DNA of 64,000 nucleotides from Camelus ferus. Its lineage: Eukaryota. Made by a program: the position numbers and the translations under genes. A model generated the notes under the pieces. The model had not been told where the DNA came from, did no database searches, and was given only the letters and a program-made list of their open reading frames with translations. The DNA lies in the NCBI RefSeq assembly GCF_009834535.1, contig NC_045698.1, positions 104,718,001-104,782,000 on the forward strand, given 5' to 3'. Below, one piece after another: positions 11,380-23,570 of this stretch; the stretch's first letter is position 1; every line of letters begins with the position of its first letter.

Positions 11380-11960
11380 CATCATGGTAGTGTCTCTCCC
11401 CGAACTACCTGCCTCCTGCTGGTTCCCTCCCTGAGGCTGAGCCCTACAATGAATGCCCTTTCCACAGTTCTTCCTGCCTCTGGTCTCTCCACTTCTTAAT
11501 CTACTCAACACACAGCTTATCTTCCTTACATTTTCTTCATGTCAGTCCTAGACTCAAGAACTTCCAGTAGCTTCCACATGGCTATCAAATGTAAGCCCGA
11601 ACATCGTTCCCTAACATTCCAGTCCTGACCCTGGCCCATCATAGCTGCTTTGTTTTCCTAACTCTGTACGGACTGTCATTTGAATTCTCTTACTTGGTCT
11701 CAAGCACTTCTTGTGCCTTTCTTTATTCTGTCTATGCTGGTGCTCCTGGCTCTGCCTCTCCGTTGCTATTTTTCTCTATAAATTCTTCCCAACTACTCTG
11801 AGTCCTGTTTTAACTGCCAAGTCCTCTATGAAAACCCAGCCAATGGCTCCAGGCCACAGCAATCACAGTTCCATTCCTACTAGTAGCCTAACACCCACTG
11901 GAATTGGTCTGTATTTCCCGTACTTGATAGTCTTCAAGTTGTGTGCTGTCTGCTAATGTT
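11380..11960 (+). mobile_element. L2 fragment
   Basis: CATGTCAGTCCTAGACTCAAGAACTTCCAGTAGCTTCCACATGGC...CCTGACCCTGGCCC follows the L2 3' region. Confidence 0.6.
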
Positions 11961-12419
11961 ATCTAATGTTCCCACTGACAGCTCTGCCCCACAGAGTCTC
12001 AGGATTTCTCATGGATATTTTATCCATGAGTAAGGCAAGTGGTGAAGCATTGCCTTCAGTTTCATTGTCCAGATGGAGAGAGTTCCTGAAAGTGCAGGTA
12101 ACCAAGAATGAGAATAATGTTTTTATAGAGTGGGTGCGTGTGTGTATTGGCTAAAATGTTATAACCATTAAAAAGGAAACAAATGTTCTTCAGAAACAAA
12201 ATATTAAATAAAATGAATATATGAGGCATACATACTTTTTCTTTCTTTCTGGTCTTAAATGCTATCAATCTTTGCTAACAAATAATTTTATTCTTTCTAG
12301 TTTTGCTGCTTGATAAGACTCTCCGTGAATCTTCAAAACTTTCACCTTAAAGTTAAAGAGTTTTCCTTGGACATACTTACATCTGGTATCTTAAGAACCT
12401 AACCCAAAATGCTGTTAGA

Positions 12420-12600
12420 TCAACTCCCTTCTTCTCTCCTTCCCTCTCTCCCTCTCTCCCTTATCTTTGCTTCTTTCCTTCCTTCCTTCCTTCTTTGCCT
12501 CAACAAACATTTTTTGAGCAACAGCTACATCCCAATCTGTGTACTGTGTGCTTGGAACACAACAACAAGCCTGCCAAATAGGACCCCTCTGTTAAAGAAC
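12420..12600 (-). mobile_element. L2 3' end with CT-rich expansion
   Basis: A polypyrimidine (CTTC)n-like tract followed by CAACAAACATTTTTTGAGCA...GTGCTTGGAACACA. Confidence 0.55.
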
Positions 12601-12959
12601 TCAGTGTGAAACAGGCATCTCTATTGAAAACTCCACCTACTTGCTTTGGACCAATAGAAACTCCATGTTTTTTATTGTCAGCTAATGTAAGAAAGAAGCT
12701 GTTAAGAGGGAAAAAAGATAATGTCTCCTCTCTGCCTACCAACTCATAGCAATTTCCGCTTTTTATCCTCGGCCTTCAAAAAAAAGAAGGAATTGTAAGT
12801 CAGCACTGATCATGCTAAATCTAAAAGGAATGGGCTGCACCCTGGTCAGCAGTGCTGAGATATGCTCAACGGGTCAACCCTGAATGGACCCACTGTAAGA
12901 AACTACATGATTTGAATTATGTGATCCCAGAGGTCCCACTAGTCACAGTAGTCTTTGCA

Positions 12960-13350
12960 TCTCCTTCAGTATCAGCACAGGGGTTGGCAGGTAGGCCAGG
13001 CCCTGTCACACAGAGTGTCCTTTCTGTTGACCACAGTGATGGTTTCACAGGAGTGCATGCAGCCTCAGCTGGGCCAATCTAAGTCCTTCCCTGGGATCCT
13101 CTGCTTTGGAATAGAGAGTTTACTTTCTAGGTTCAAGAAGCAGAAAAAAATGTGAACCCAAATTTGCTTACTGCCTTATTGCCCCACAGATGAAAGTTGC
13201 CCACCTGCTATATTTGGAAAGAATGAAATCAACCTATGGGAAAAAAGAGAGTTGAAAGAAGAAGAGAAAAGCTGTGTTTTGATGACATTATCTGAGCCCC
13301 TCAAATTGGCTGTACATAAAGCAAGACATCACACATGCTGTCTTTTGCAC
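12960..13350 (+). mobile_element. Old MaLR LTR fragment (MLT1J/K-like)
   Basis: GACCACAGTGATGGTTTCACAGGAGTGCATG...GCTGGGCCAATCTAAGTCCTTCCCTGGGAT. Confidence 0.5.
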
Positions 13351-13699
13351 AGAATAGTTTTAGCTTATGTCATTTGCGGCTGGAAAAGTCTTGATTTCTA
13401 GAAGTTCCATTGATTGGTCATTGTTACCTGTGAAAGTTCATTAAAAGGTATTTTTCCTAATGCTTACTTATTATTCAAAGGGAAGCATATACACATGTAT
13501 GTGTGTATATGTGTGTGTGTGTGTGTGCAAATGAATGTTTCTTCTGAGCACATTAAAAACATTGAGGAGGAATTCTGAGAGAAGATTTAAGCCTTGAAAA
13601 GTATGGCATCCTCATAGGCAACCAGAGCCTATTAAGTCATAGATTAAAGCAAGTAAATTAATCCATTTGAAGAACATTTGTTGGAGCAGTTACCTTTTG

Positions 13700-15500
13700 A
13701 TTCCTTTCGGACTACGAATATAAATATGCAGAAAATTTTTTCTTTACCCAAAAGGTACATACTGTACCTGCAGTTTAGGATTTTGCTCTAATCACTTAAC
13801 AACATACCTTAAAGTTACAATAAAGCTCTGCTTCATTCTTCCCTTATGGTTTCATGCTTTTCCGCTGTACAGATGTTCCATAAATTTAAAAAAAAATTAT
13901 CAAAATATAATTTATTTACAATGTTATGTGTTAGTTTCTGGTACACAGCAAAGTGATTCAGTTTTATATACTTACTTTTTCATATTCTTTTCCATTATGG
14001 TTTATTATAGGATACTGAATATAGTTCCTTCTGCTATGCAGTAGGACCTTGCTGTTTAATCTATTTTATATATAGTAGTTTGTATCTACTAATCTCAAAC
14101 TCCTAACTTATACCTCTACATCACTGCCCTCTTTAGTAATGATAGGTTTGTTTTCTATGTCTGTGAGTCTGTTTCTGTTTTGTAAATAAGTTCGTTTGTA
14201 TCATTTTTAGATTCCACATATAGATATCATATGCTATTTGTCTTTCTTTTTCTGACTTACTTCACTTNNNNNNNNNNNNNNNNNNNNNNNNNNNNNNNNN
14301 NNNNNNNNNNNNNNNNNNNNNNNNNNNNNNNNNNNNNNNNNNNNNNNNNNNNNNNNNNNNNNNNNNNNNNNNNNNNNNNNNNNNNNNNNNNNNNNNNNNN
14401 NNNNNNNNNNNNNNNNNNNNNNNNNNNNNNNNNNNNNNNNNNNNNNNNNGTGCATCTTTTTGAATTAGAGTTTTCTCCAGATATATGCCCANNNNNNNNN
14501 NNNNNNNNNNNNNNNNNNNNNNNNNNNNNNNNNNNNNNNNNNNNNNNNNNNNNNNNNNNNNNNNNNNNNNNNNNNNNNNNNNNNNNNNNNNNNNNNNNNN
14601 NNNNNNNNNNNNNNNNNNNNNNNTCTCTAGCATTTATTACTTGTAGACTTTTTAATGGCCATTGTGACTAGTGTGACGTGATAACCTCATTGTAGTTTTG
14701 ATTTGCATTTCTCTAATAATTAGTGATAAAAATTTTAATAGTTCTCTACCAAGTTTTTTGTTTGTTTGTTTGGTTGGTTTTCTTTCTTTCTTTCTTTCTT
14801 TTTTAGTTTCACGCTACTACAAAAAACAAAGCAACAAAGTATTATAATAAGCCATCGTATATGTACATCTTTGCTGTCCAAAAGATGGGCATTTAAAAGT
14901 TTGGCAGATTTTGTCAAATTGTTGTTCAAAGAAGTTACTCTAGATTGTGCCCTCACATGCAGCATATGAAGGTGAATCTCTGCCCAATTGCTATTCTTTT
15001 CAATATCTGCCAACTTTCTGGGTGGAAAAATGGTATTTCCATATTTTTATTCACATTCCTTTAATTATGAATGAGGCTGAACATATTCATAAATTTAGAA
15101 GCCATTTTATTTATTTTCTGTGAAGTCTCTGTTCATATCATTTATCCAATTTCATAGTTATTTTCCAAACTTATTATAGTTCTTTAACATAAAATATAGC
15201 ATCTCTTCTTTCTTATGGATTACAATTAATTTTTCTGAATAGCAATTTTTACATGGTAGATGTATCATGCTTTTTATAGCTGCTAGGTTTTATGTCTTTC
15301 TTTGAAAGAATTTCCTCACCCCAAGCAAGAGTTTTAAAATATATATTGATATTTTCTTTTAGTACTCTTATGATATTTTTATATTTAAATTTTGTATTCT
15401 CGCAGAATTTATATGGTTAAGATAAGAATTGAACTTCACTTCCCAAACTGTTAATTGAATAGTCCTTCTTTTTCTGCTGATTAAAAATACTACCTTTATT
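13700..15500 (-). mobile_element. Ancient L1ME-type 3' region, interrupted by a younger L1
   Basis: L1ME-like motifs on both sides of the insert (CACTTAACAACATACC; GGTATTTCCATATTTTTATTCACATTCCTTTAATTATGAATGAGGCTGAACAT). Confidence 0.6.
13895..14735 (-). mobile_element. Nested younger L1 3' end (artiodactyl type), partly N-masked
   Basis: TTTACAATGTTATGTGTTAGTTTCTGGTACACAGCAAAGTGATTCAG...CTCATTGTAGTTTTGATTTGCATTTCTCTAATAATTAGTGAT. Confidence 0.85.
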
Positions 15501-15719
15501 GTATACTTAGTTCTTTACATGTTTGAGTGTTTTACTGACTGGTTTGCTACTTAATATGGTACTATTACTAATGAAAGCGTTACAGAAGACATCAAAGTGA
15601 AACATGCACGCTATTTAGGATTGCCTCAAGTCCCGCAAAAGTAAAAAGGCAAACAAATTAAAAATGTAATTTTTTCTTTACATTCTTCTTCTTGGTTGTG
15701 ATTACTCTCATGCTCACAC

Positions 15720-15900
15720 AGTGCTTCACTGCTTCACATCTATTTTCTCATTTCATCTGAGGTCTGTAGAAAAGGCATCATTGCTTCTCCACTTTACAGA
15801 TGAGGAAACAGAGGCTCAGAGAAGCTATGTTGTTTGTTTTAGGGTATCCTGCTGGTAAGTGGCAGAACTGGAGTTAAAGCGAGGTTTTTTGACCTCAGGT
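15720..15900 (-). mobile_element. MIR
   Basis: CCACTTTACAGATGAGGAAACAGAGGCTCAGAGA...GTAAGTGGCAGAACTGGA. Confidence 0.8.
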
Positions 15901-16889
15901 TCCTAATGAGTTGCAAAATTCCTTTGAGAAAGCAGGCATCATATAAATAACTGGTGAATGAGGACCCCCTCCTTTCTGATCTGTTCCTCTATCTATGACA
16001 TCCAGCTTCTATTAAAGTACATTCTCCCATTAGGCATCATTTTCCTTCAGCTGAGGAAAAAAGTAAAAATCTTGTGTGGTCACAATCAATATTCAATAAA
16101 CAGTTGCTAAAGATGTTAGTAAAAATTTAGTCCACCTCCTACTTTTGATGGGAAAACTGTATCCTGGTTGGAAACTCATCAAATAGGAGTTGTCTTCAAA
16201 AGATGAGGCTCTTTGGGTACTAAAAAAAAAGTCTCCAAGTGTTAATATTTAAATGTCACTTCAGAAAAATTTAGAATATTTTGGTCCTCAGAAGGATTCC
16301 TTGCCTCTCCTCCTCAGGCCATGAAACGTTTGAACTTGGTTGGAGACTTTCTGCCTTTCCCTACAGTTGGAATCCCCTCGAAATCAAAATCAATCATATA
16401 ATCAAAGTATTTGTTATTAGTTTTTCAATAGTCATGTCTCACAGCAAAAGCCAAAGTACCCCACCGAATCCTGGGGGACCTCCTTAGGCAACACTCTGTC
16501 CACAGCCAGGCTTCCATGTAGAGAAGTGGGGCTCATTTTCTCGACAAGTGGATTCGTGTGATTTCAACATAAAGGATTATCCAATTCAACTTTTAGTCCA
16601 TGTCTTTCCACACATTTTGAGGAGTTTCAAGAAGAATTACGAACCCAAAATGTTGAAAACTTTCTGCCAAGCAGAACATCAACAAATGTATAATATGTCC
16701 TATTTATCACAAGAAGTCATCAAGAAAACCCCCAGGACTAGAGGAGCTGTTGCTTAGAGCAGATATGAATTTACTCACTCCCTCACCTACTCATTCTGTT
16801 AAATCCTGAGCAAAAATGAACATGGTCTCTGTCTTTACAGAACTGACATGCTGATGGAGATTTAGGCCTACCATTTCACTATCTATTCT

Positions 16890-18315
16890 CTATTTGTTCC
16901 ATTCATTTTTTTTGTTCTTCTGTTCTTCCTTTCCTGTTTTTCTTAGGAGTAATTTAATATTTTTTAAATTTATCTATTGGATTTGTAGCTATTTGTGGTA
17001 TTATCGTTATTTTATTTTTATTATTCAAGTGGTAGCTCTAGGGGGTTGCAACATATATTTTTAACATTTCAGCCTGCTTGGAGTTAATACTGTGCTACTT
17101 TATATGAACTGAAAGAAACTTGCAACCATACAAGTTTATTTACCCCCTAACACTGGTCCTTTATGCTACAGCTGTCATAGCTTTTACATACATAAATGTT
17201 ATAAACCCCACAATTCAAATTTACAATGTTTGCTTTAAAGAGTCACATGTCTTTTAAGGAAGCGATGAAGAAAAATGATTATTTTAAAAAAATATTTACC
17301 TACATGTTTATCATTTCTGGCATTCTTCTTTTCTTACCGGAAGAGCCAGTAAGTATGATTTTCCCTTCAGCCTGAAACACATCTTTTGGTTTTCCTTAAA
17401 ATGTAGGTCTGCTGGTAATAAATTCTGTACCTCTCTTTTTATCTGAAAACATCTTTATTTCAACTTAATTCTTGAATGATGTTTTTTAACTGATGTAGAA
17501 TTCCAAGTTGAGAAGTTTGTCTGTTTCTCCCGTTCGCTTCCTCTCTCTCTCCCTTGTTCTCAGGACTTTCAGGATGTAGCTGCACTCTCTTCTGGAATCT
17601 ATCATCACCAGTGAGAAGTCAGAGATGATTTGTCGTGTTATTCCCTCATAGAATGTGCCATTTTTCTCAGGCTGATTTCAAGGTTTTATCTTTTGTTTTC
17701 AGCAGTTTGACTATGATGCACCTAGATATGGTCTGATTTGTATTTATTCTACGTGGGATTACTTTTCTTCTCCAATCTGTAAATTTGTCTGTGGATCGGT
17801 TTCTCCAAAGATTTTTTTCTGTTCTGTTCTCTCAACCCTTTCCTTCTCGGATTCCCACTCACATATTTTTCATATTTTGTGTATGGTCCCCAAAGTCGCA
17901 GAGGTTGTATTAAATTACTTTTAGTCTTTTCCCTTTTCTTCAGGTTGGATTATTGCTATTGCTCGATCTTCAAGTTCACTGACTCTCCCACCTGTGATGT
18001 CTCATCGGCTGTTCAGTCAACCCAGTAAATGTTTTATTTCATAAACTGTATTTTTCTGCTCTAAAATTTCCAGTTTTTAAATAGATATTTTTCTTTTTTG
18101 AATTTGCTTATTTGTTATAACAATTATTTTACTTTATATCTCTAAGCATGGTTATAATAGCTGCTTTAAAATTTCTGTCTGCTAACCCCAACATTTAGGT
18201 TATCTCAAAGTCACTCTTCTCTGATTGCCTTTTCTCTCAAGTATGAGTCAACGGTTTCTTGCTCTTTGAATGTTAGTAATTTTGATTGTATCTAGGACAT
18301 TGTGAATGATACATT
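16890..18315 (-). mobile_element. Ancient L1M 5'/ORF1-region fragment
   Basis: T-rich antisense L1M signature (GGTCTGCTGGTAATAAATTCT...ATCTGAAAACATCTTTATTT...TGAGAAGTCAG...GATCTTCAAGTTCACTGACTCT). Confidence 0.65.
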
Positions 18316-18387
18316 ATAATGAGAAGCCATAACTGACTGATCCTATCTAGGACATTGTGAATGATACATTGTAATGAGAAGCCATAA
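18289..18387 (+). repeat. 44-bp direct duplication with 11-bp spacer
   Basis: TATCTAGGACATTGTGAATGATACATT(A/G)TAATGAGAAGCCATAA at 18289-18332 and 18344-18387, one mismatch. Confidence 0.95.
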
Positions 18388-19570
18388 ATGAAGTGCTTTA
18401 AGGGCAGGGAAAATGATCAATTGTCTCAGAAAGAAGTATTCTGGTCACTGCATGGAGAATGGAGTGGATGTGGATGGAACAGTTGGGAGACTGCTGCAGT
18501 AGTTTGGGCAAGATGTATTATTAACACTTACTACAAAGATGGCAGTGCAAAGTTGTAACAAGGTAGAACAGGTTGCAATGAGAGACCTGGGAGGAATTTA
18601 GGTAACGGCTGCCTATGTTTTCCTAGGTGACCCACTCGTACCTTTTACCCAAAAGGCCAAACAGAATACCATTCACCACCTTCCCATGAGAGAAATCTCA
18701 GCAACTCCTGATGCTTCCTTCCTGCTTCACTCTCCACAATCAAAAAGCTCTCAGGTCCCAGCAGTTCTTCCCTTAAGATCTCCTCCCACTGACTGCACAG
18801 CCTTATGATTTTTCTCCCAAATGAGTGAAATAGCCTCCTGAGAACTCCCTATTTCCAGTCTCAATCTTTTCTTCCATACCCTTGACTCCACTTCCAGGGC
18901 TATCTTTTCCACAGATCCAATTTAATTATGTTATTTCTGTTTAACAACTTTTCAGGACCCCTATTTGGTACAAGAGAAAGTCCAGATTCCATAGCATGGC
19001 ATATAAATCTTTCTTTCTTTCTTTCTTTCTTTTTTTTTTTTTTTTTTTTTGCCAAATGTTTTTGCTCACATTCTATTTGCTGCAGAAAAAGGAGGAAACA
19101 GTGACGGAGAGGCAATGAAAACATTGCCAATAGTCTCATGAGGGAGAGAGAGACCAGTTTGAATTTCATCTTCCTCTACTTCCTCCACTGCCCTCACTCC
19201 CCTCCCTAAATTTCCTCCAGCACACAAAACTTTTTGCCATAATTAACTGTTCATTCCATTCTTTGGTACCTCAGCCTTTGGACATGCTGTTTACTCTCCT
19301 TTTTTCCTTTCCTCCCTGTTAAGAAGACCTAAATCAGATACTATTTTTTCTAGTTCCCCATACTCCTTGTACAATTATTTTTTTCCCACCTATTCATTCA
19401 AATCTCTATTTCTTTGGGAGCAGAGTTTTTACAACTGTCCATATAATTTCACATTTCCTCCCCTGCCTCTCTTGTAAGCTGTAAAATCTTTAGAGGCTGG
19501 GAGCTTATCTAAGTCATCTTTTGTTCTGTCACCCAGCACACTGCCCAGCCCCTAGTCAGCAATCAATTGT
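18380..19570. mobile_element. L2 fragments (minus, then plus orientation)
   Basis: GGAGACTGCTGCAGTAGTTTGGGCAAGATG (antisense), then ...GTCACCCAGCACACTGCCCAGCCCCTAGTCAGCAATCAATTG (sense tail). Confidence 0.55.
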
Positions 19571-20039
19571 TTATTGACTCTTTTACTTCCTTCTCATTTT
19601 ACAAATGGGGAAATAAAAGTCCAGAGAGGGGAAGTGGCAAGTCTTGCAAAAGGATGTGGACTTATTTTTAAGATCACTGTTTCTAAGTAGGGGGTTGTCA
19701 GTATTTCTCTGGACAACATACTGGAAGGTTCTTCATGGAGGTGGCTGGACTTAAGCTGAACTGACAAGTATAAGCAGGATTTGAGATTGTGGGTGTATAA
19801 GTGGAAGCTGGTGGAAGTTGGACTAGGGGTGCAGAATTTTATCAGCAGCTTAATGGCTTCTACAAGCTGAATCCATGAACACAGATAGCTAGCTGGATAG
19901 CAAAGGGGCTGTAATGAAAAGAGAACTAACCTGCAAGGGAAAAAAACTGGATTCTATTCATAGTGTACATCACAACATGTGGTCCTGGACAAGTCCTGTC
20001 TCCTTTCTGAGCACCAACTTCTAACAATCAAATAAACAT

Positions 20040-20720
20040 CAACAATAATAACAATTACAACCACTTATGGTTATTAAACCTTTACTATGTTTCAGGCACT
20101 ATTTTAGAACCTTTTTGTTTTACAGATGAAGATATATACTTTCAAAGAGTTGAAATAATTTGACCAAGATTATCCTAACTGATAAGTGATAAAACTAGGA
20201 TTTTTGCTCTAGCATGTTGCACCAGATAATCTAAATTCCAACTTAAATATGAAGACTTTAACAGAGTTTCTGCCACAGCAAATCTTGGCCATCCTCGAGC
20301 TGATTACGAGTCCCTCGCCTATAAGGAGATCTGCACACCTAGCTCCCTCCCAGCTGAAGGAAACGTCTCACCTGGAAAGCCTGGGAATTATCTCTGGTTT
20401 GTACACACATAAAAGACAAGAATCATTTGAGACTGTAGCTATGTCCTGAATTAGCTGGGAAAGGAAATCATTGTTTTTGAAAATAGTTTCAGCACACAGA
20501 GGTCTTACCCACGTGACCCTACATTTCACTGCTATTTTCCGTCTTTAAATAGTATTAATCATATCAGCAATTTAGCACTTTCACATACATTATCTTACTC
20601 AGTAAACACAATAGCCTGTTCTCCAGACGAGAACACAGATTTCGCCTGCTATTTTCCTGAAAGCACACAAACAGTAAGTAGTGATGGCGTATGAACTCCA
20701 AATGCCCTTCTCTGCCATCT
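20040..20720 (-). mobile_element. Two MIR fragments (about 20040-20220 and 20550-20720)
   Basis: TTTTACAGATGAAGATATA...TTGACCAAGATTATCC; GCACTTTCACATACATTATCTTACTCAG...GCACACAAACAGTAAGTAGTGATGG. Confidence 0.55.
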
Positions 20721-21779
20721 TCTCAGCTCTAGAACATGGGTTAATCACAAACACAGGTAAGTTATCTGCAGTGTACTACATTTATTGAAATGTGAATTAT
20801 TAAGATACCGAGTAATAGGCATTCTAACTTTCTCTGGCTGCTTTGAAGCTCCTTAGAAGCTCCGAGCTGGGAGGGTTCCTACAGGATCATCAGGCCACTA
20901 CTCCTCTTCTCTCTTTACCATTTCCACCCTCCAATTTTTGAAACACTCCTATTTTCTGGTGACCTGGCCTCTGAAGGCATCCCTTTTTATCTCAGAGCAG
21001 TTTGGAAAGTTACTAACCTTCTTTCTTGAATAAAACCTGCCTCCTGACATTACCACCCATTGATCCTCAGACTTTTGCTGTTTCCCTCTAGAAACCCCTT
21101 CAGATAATTGATTCCAGTTCTCATCAATTTTGTTTTCATTACCTCTGTGAACTTGTCTGGGCCTCAGTTTCCTCATCTATAAAATGAATAAATGAAATGG
21201 ACTTGTCGGGCCTCCATAAACCTTTCCTCCAATGATCCTATGATATTTTCAATGTCCAAAGAACTGTACCCCAAACCAAAAATGCCTGCTTGCTACCAGG
21301 AACTCTGTAAGGAAAGTGTTCCCTAAGATTTTGGCCATTGTGTCTTTTCCTTCCTTCCATTCTGTTTATGTTTTTCTGGAGATGGAGAAGATAGTGCAGA
21401 GGAGGTGGGGTGGGCGCCTGCCTCATTGTTGACGCTGCCGTGCACTCAAGCCGGGAAGAGATGTGCGTCGTTAGGGATGCTGAAATCCCAAAACAGCCCC
21501 ACCTCTTCCCACCTTGGCTTCCTGCTTCATTTCCAAATTACAGGGAGGTTTCCAGACTAAAATCCTGATTGACTGGCATTCACCCAGAATCCCACACAGC
21601 CTCCTCTCTGGCACCTTCTCACAGATTCCTCAAACCTCCAAGTGCATCCGTGAACTCTATCCCCAGATCTCCTCTGATAAAAGAATGAAGCCTTTCTATA
21701 ATATTTCTGAAAATACAGAGGGCCAAATATTTATAAAATCTGATGAGATCCATATACTGACTAGTGTGTGAAACAGCAG

Positions 21780-22035
21780 TAACAATGAAAGTTATAATAA
21801 ATAGCTATTAAAGAGTAAATATGTTCCAGACACAAGGCCAAAAATAGTATGTGCTTTACATTATTAGATTTTCACAATAACACTATGAGGTCAGCACTGT
21901 TTTCATCACTATTTGATAAATGATGAAATAAAACTTTAAAAGAATATATGTCACCTGCCCAGTGTCATACAACCAACATATGGTAGAGCCAGAATTCCAG
22001 CCCAAGTTTGTCTAACTCTGATGCTTGAACACTTC
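21780..22035 (-). mobile_element. Near full-length MIR
   Basis: CACAATAACACTATGAGGTCAGCACTG...CACCTGCCCAGTGTCATAC...GGTAGAGCCAGAATTCCAGCCCAAG. Confidence 0.75.
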
Positions 22036-22139
22036 ATGCTGCACAAAAATGCCTTATTTTTTAAATGATGTTTTAACACTTTTGAACCTATATATCCCTT
22101 ATTTCCTGAAGCTTCCAGGATGCCTCCCAAATCCAACTT

Positions 22140-22320
22140 AGAGATCTCCGCTGTATTTCATTGTACCTGCGCATTCTTTTATGCTAATGCTTAGCGCACT
22201 GTCTGAAGCCTTTCCCTTGTCTTTCTTGCACTCTAGACAGTAAACTACTTGAAGGGAAGAGCTGTGTCTCTTTATGTTTGTATTCTTTGTTCCTAGCACA
22301 TCTTTCCTCTCACTGACAGG
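22140..22320 (+). mobile_element. L2 3' fragment
   Basis: CTAGACAGTAAACTACTTGAAGGGAAGAGCTGTGTCTC...TTCCTAGCACA. Confidence 0.6.
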
Positions 22321-22979
22321 ATTTTAGGGCACTCTTGTTCTAGAAGATTATCAATAGCTCTTGGTTTTACAGCCAAAGTCAAAAGTTGATGGATTAGGGG
22401 ACGACAAATTCCACCCAGCCCTTTCTGTACATGTAGGGGATTCTTCTGGGTGTTCCCAGAAGGGATGGAAACTCAGGCGTTGTGTTAAAGAGAAGGAAAG
22501 CTCCAACTGAGAGATAGCTTCTCTGAGATTAAGTAGTGTTGTGGCATTTCAGGAATTTTTTTTTTTTTTTTACAGAGAGCTTTCTGGAATACTGACTGCT
22601 AAATGTCTGTGGATCATGGACCCTAAGCTATGTGTTATTGAGAAAAGAAGGGAGGGTCTCTGTAGCTGAGCATGGCTCAGTGCAGAGAAAGGGTATGAGA
22701 GCTACTTCCGAGCCCATCTGGAGGACCAGTGACAGCCAGCAGCATGGAGTAGCCACAGCAGAAGTCACAATGGTGGGTACCTGCACTGTTATTAGGACCC
22801 AGCCTTCCCCACTTTCCATACGCTTTAAGCTCCCAAGAGTCTCACACCACCCTAAGGAAGGCAGATCCCTCAAGCATGATAGATTCCATTTACTAGAACC
22901 CTCAGGTACAGGGTTGAGACATTTATTACACCAAAATCATGGAGCAAACTCAGACCTGTTCCAATTACATATGGACATC

Positions 22980-23140
22980 AGCATGTGTACATAAAAATTT
23001 TCTAGGAGAACATGAAAGAAACTGCTGAAGGATTCAAGGCCATGAGACTGAGGATCTAGGGAAGGGGAAGATTTATTGTTTCACTGAAAATGTTTTTATA
23101 TTGCTAAATATTTATATCATGTGCATGTATAATTTGTACA
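22980..23140 (+). mobile_element. L1ME-type 3' end
   Basis: GAAGGGGAAGATTTATTGTTTCACTG...TATCATGTGCATGTATAATT. Confidence 0.5.
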
Positions 23141-23389
23141 ATAATATAAAAAATAAGCTAACTTATGTAATACATATAATAAAATATATTTTAAAATACT
23201 TAGCTCGAATTCTAAATGATTGGAATTTAATCAGTCCTTTGCAGACACACAGGTTGAGCCTAAGCTGTGTTTTCTGTAGGATTCAAGGGAAGGAACTGTG
23301 GGGCAAGTCTGCCAGGAGGTTATTTACATGGGACATTAAAAAGTCTCCTGAGAAGTGTCCAGAGAAGCATGGAGGGAGTGATTCAAAAC

Positions 23390-23570
23390 AACAGTAGTAA
23401 TAAGAGAAATCACTAACATTTAATGAAGGCAAAATACTAAACTCTACACGATCTTCTCATTTAAACAGTCCAATCAAGCAGATTTTCTTTATTTTCCCCA
23501 AGGAAACTGACATCTGAGAGGTTGAATAACTACCAAGTGGCAAACCTAGGATCTGATTCCAGGCAACCTA
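23390..23570 (-). mobile_element. MIR fragment
   Basis: AAGGAAACTGACATCTGAGAGGTTGAATAACT...GTGGCAAACCTAGGATCTGA. Confidence 0.65.
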
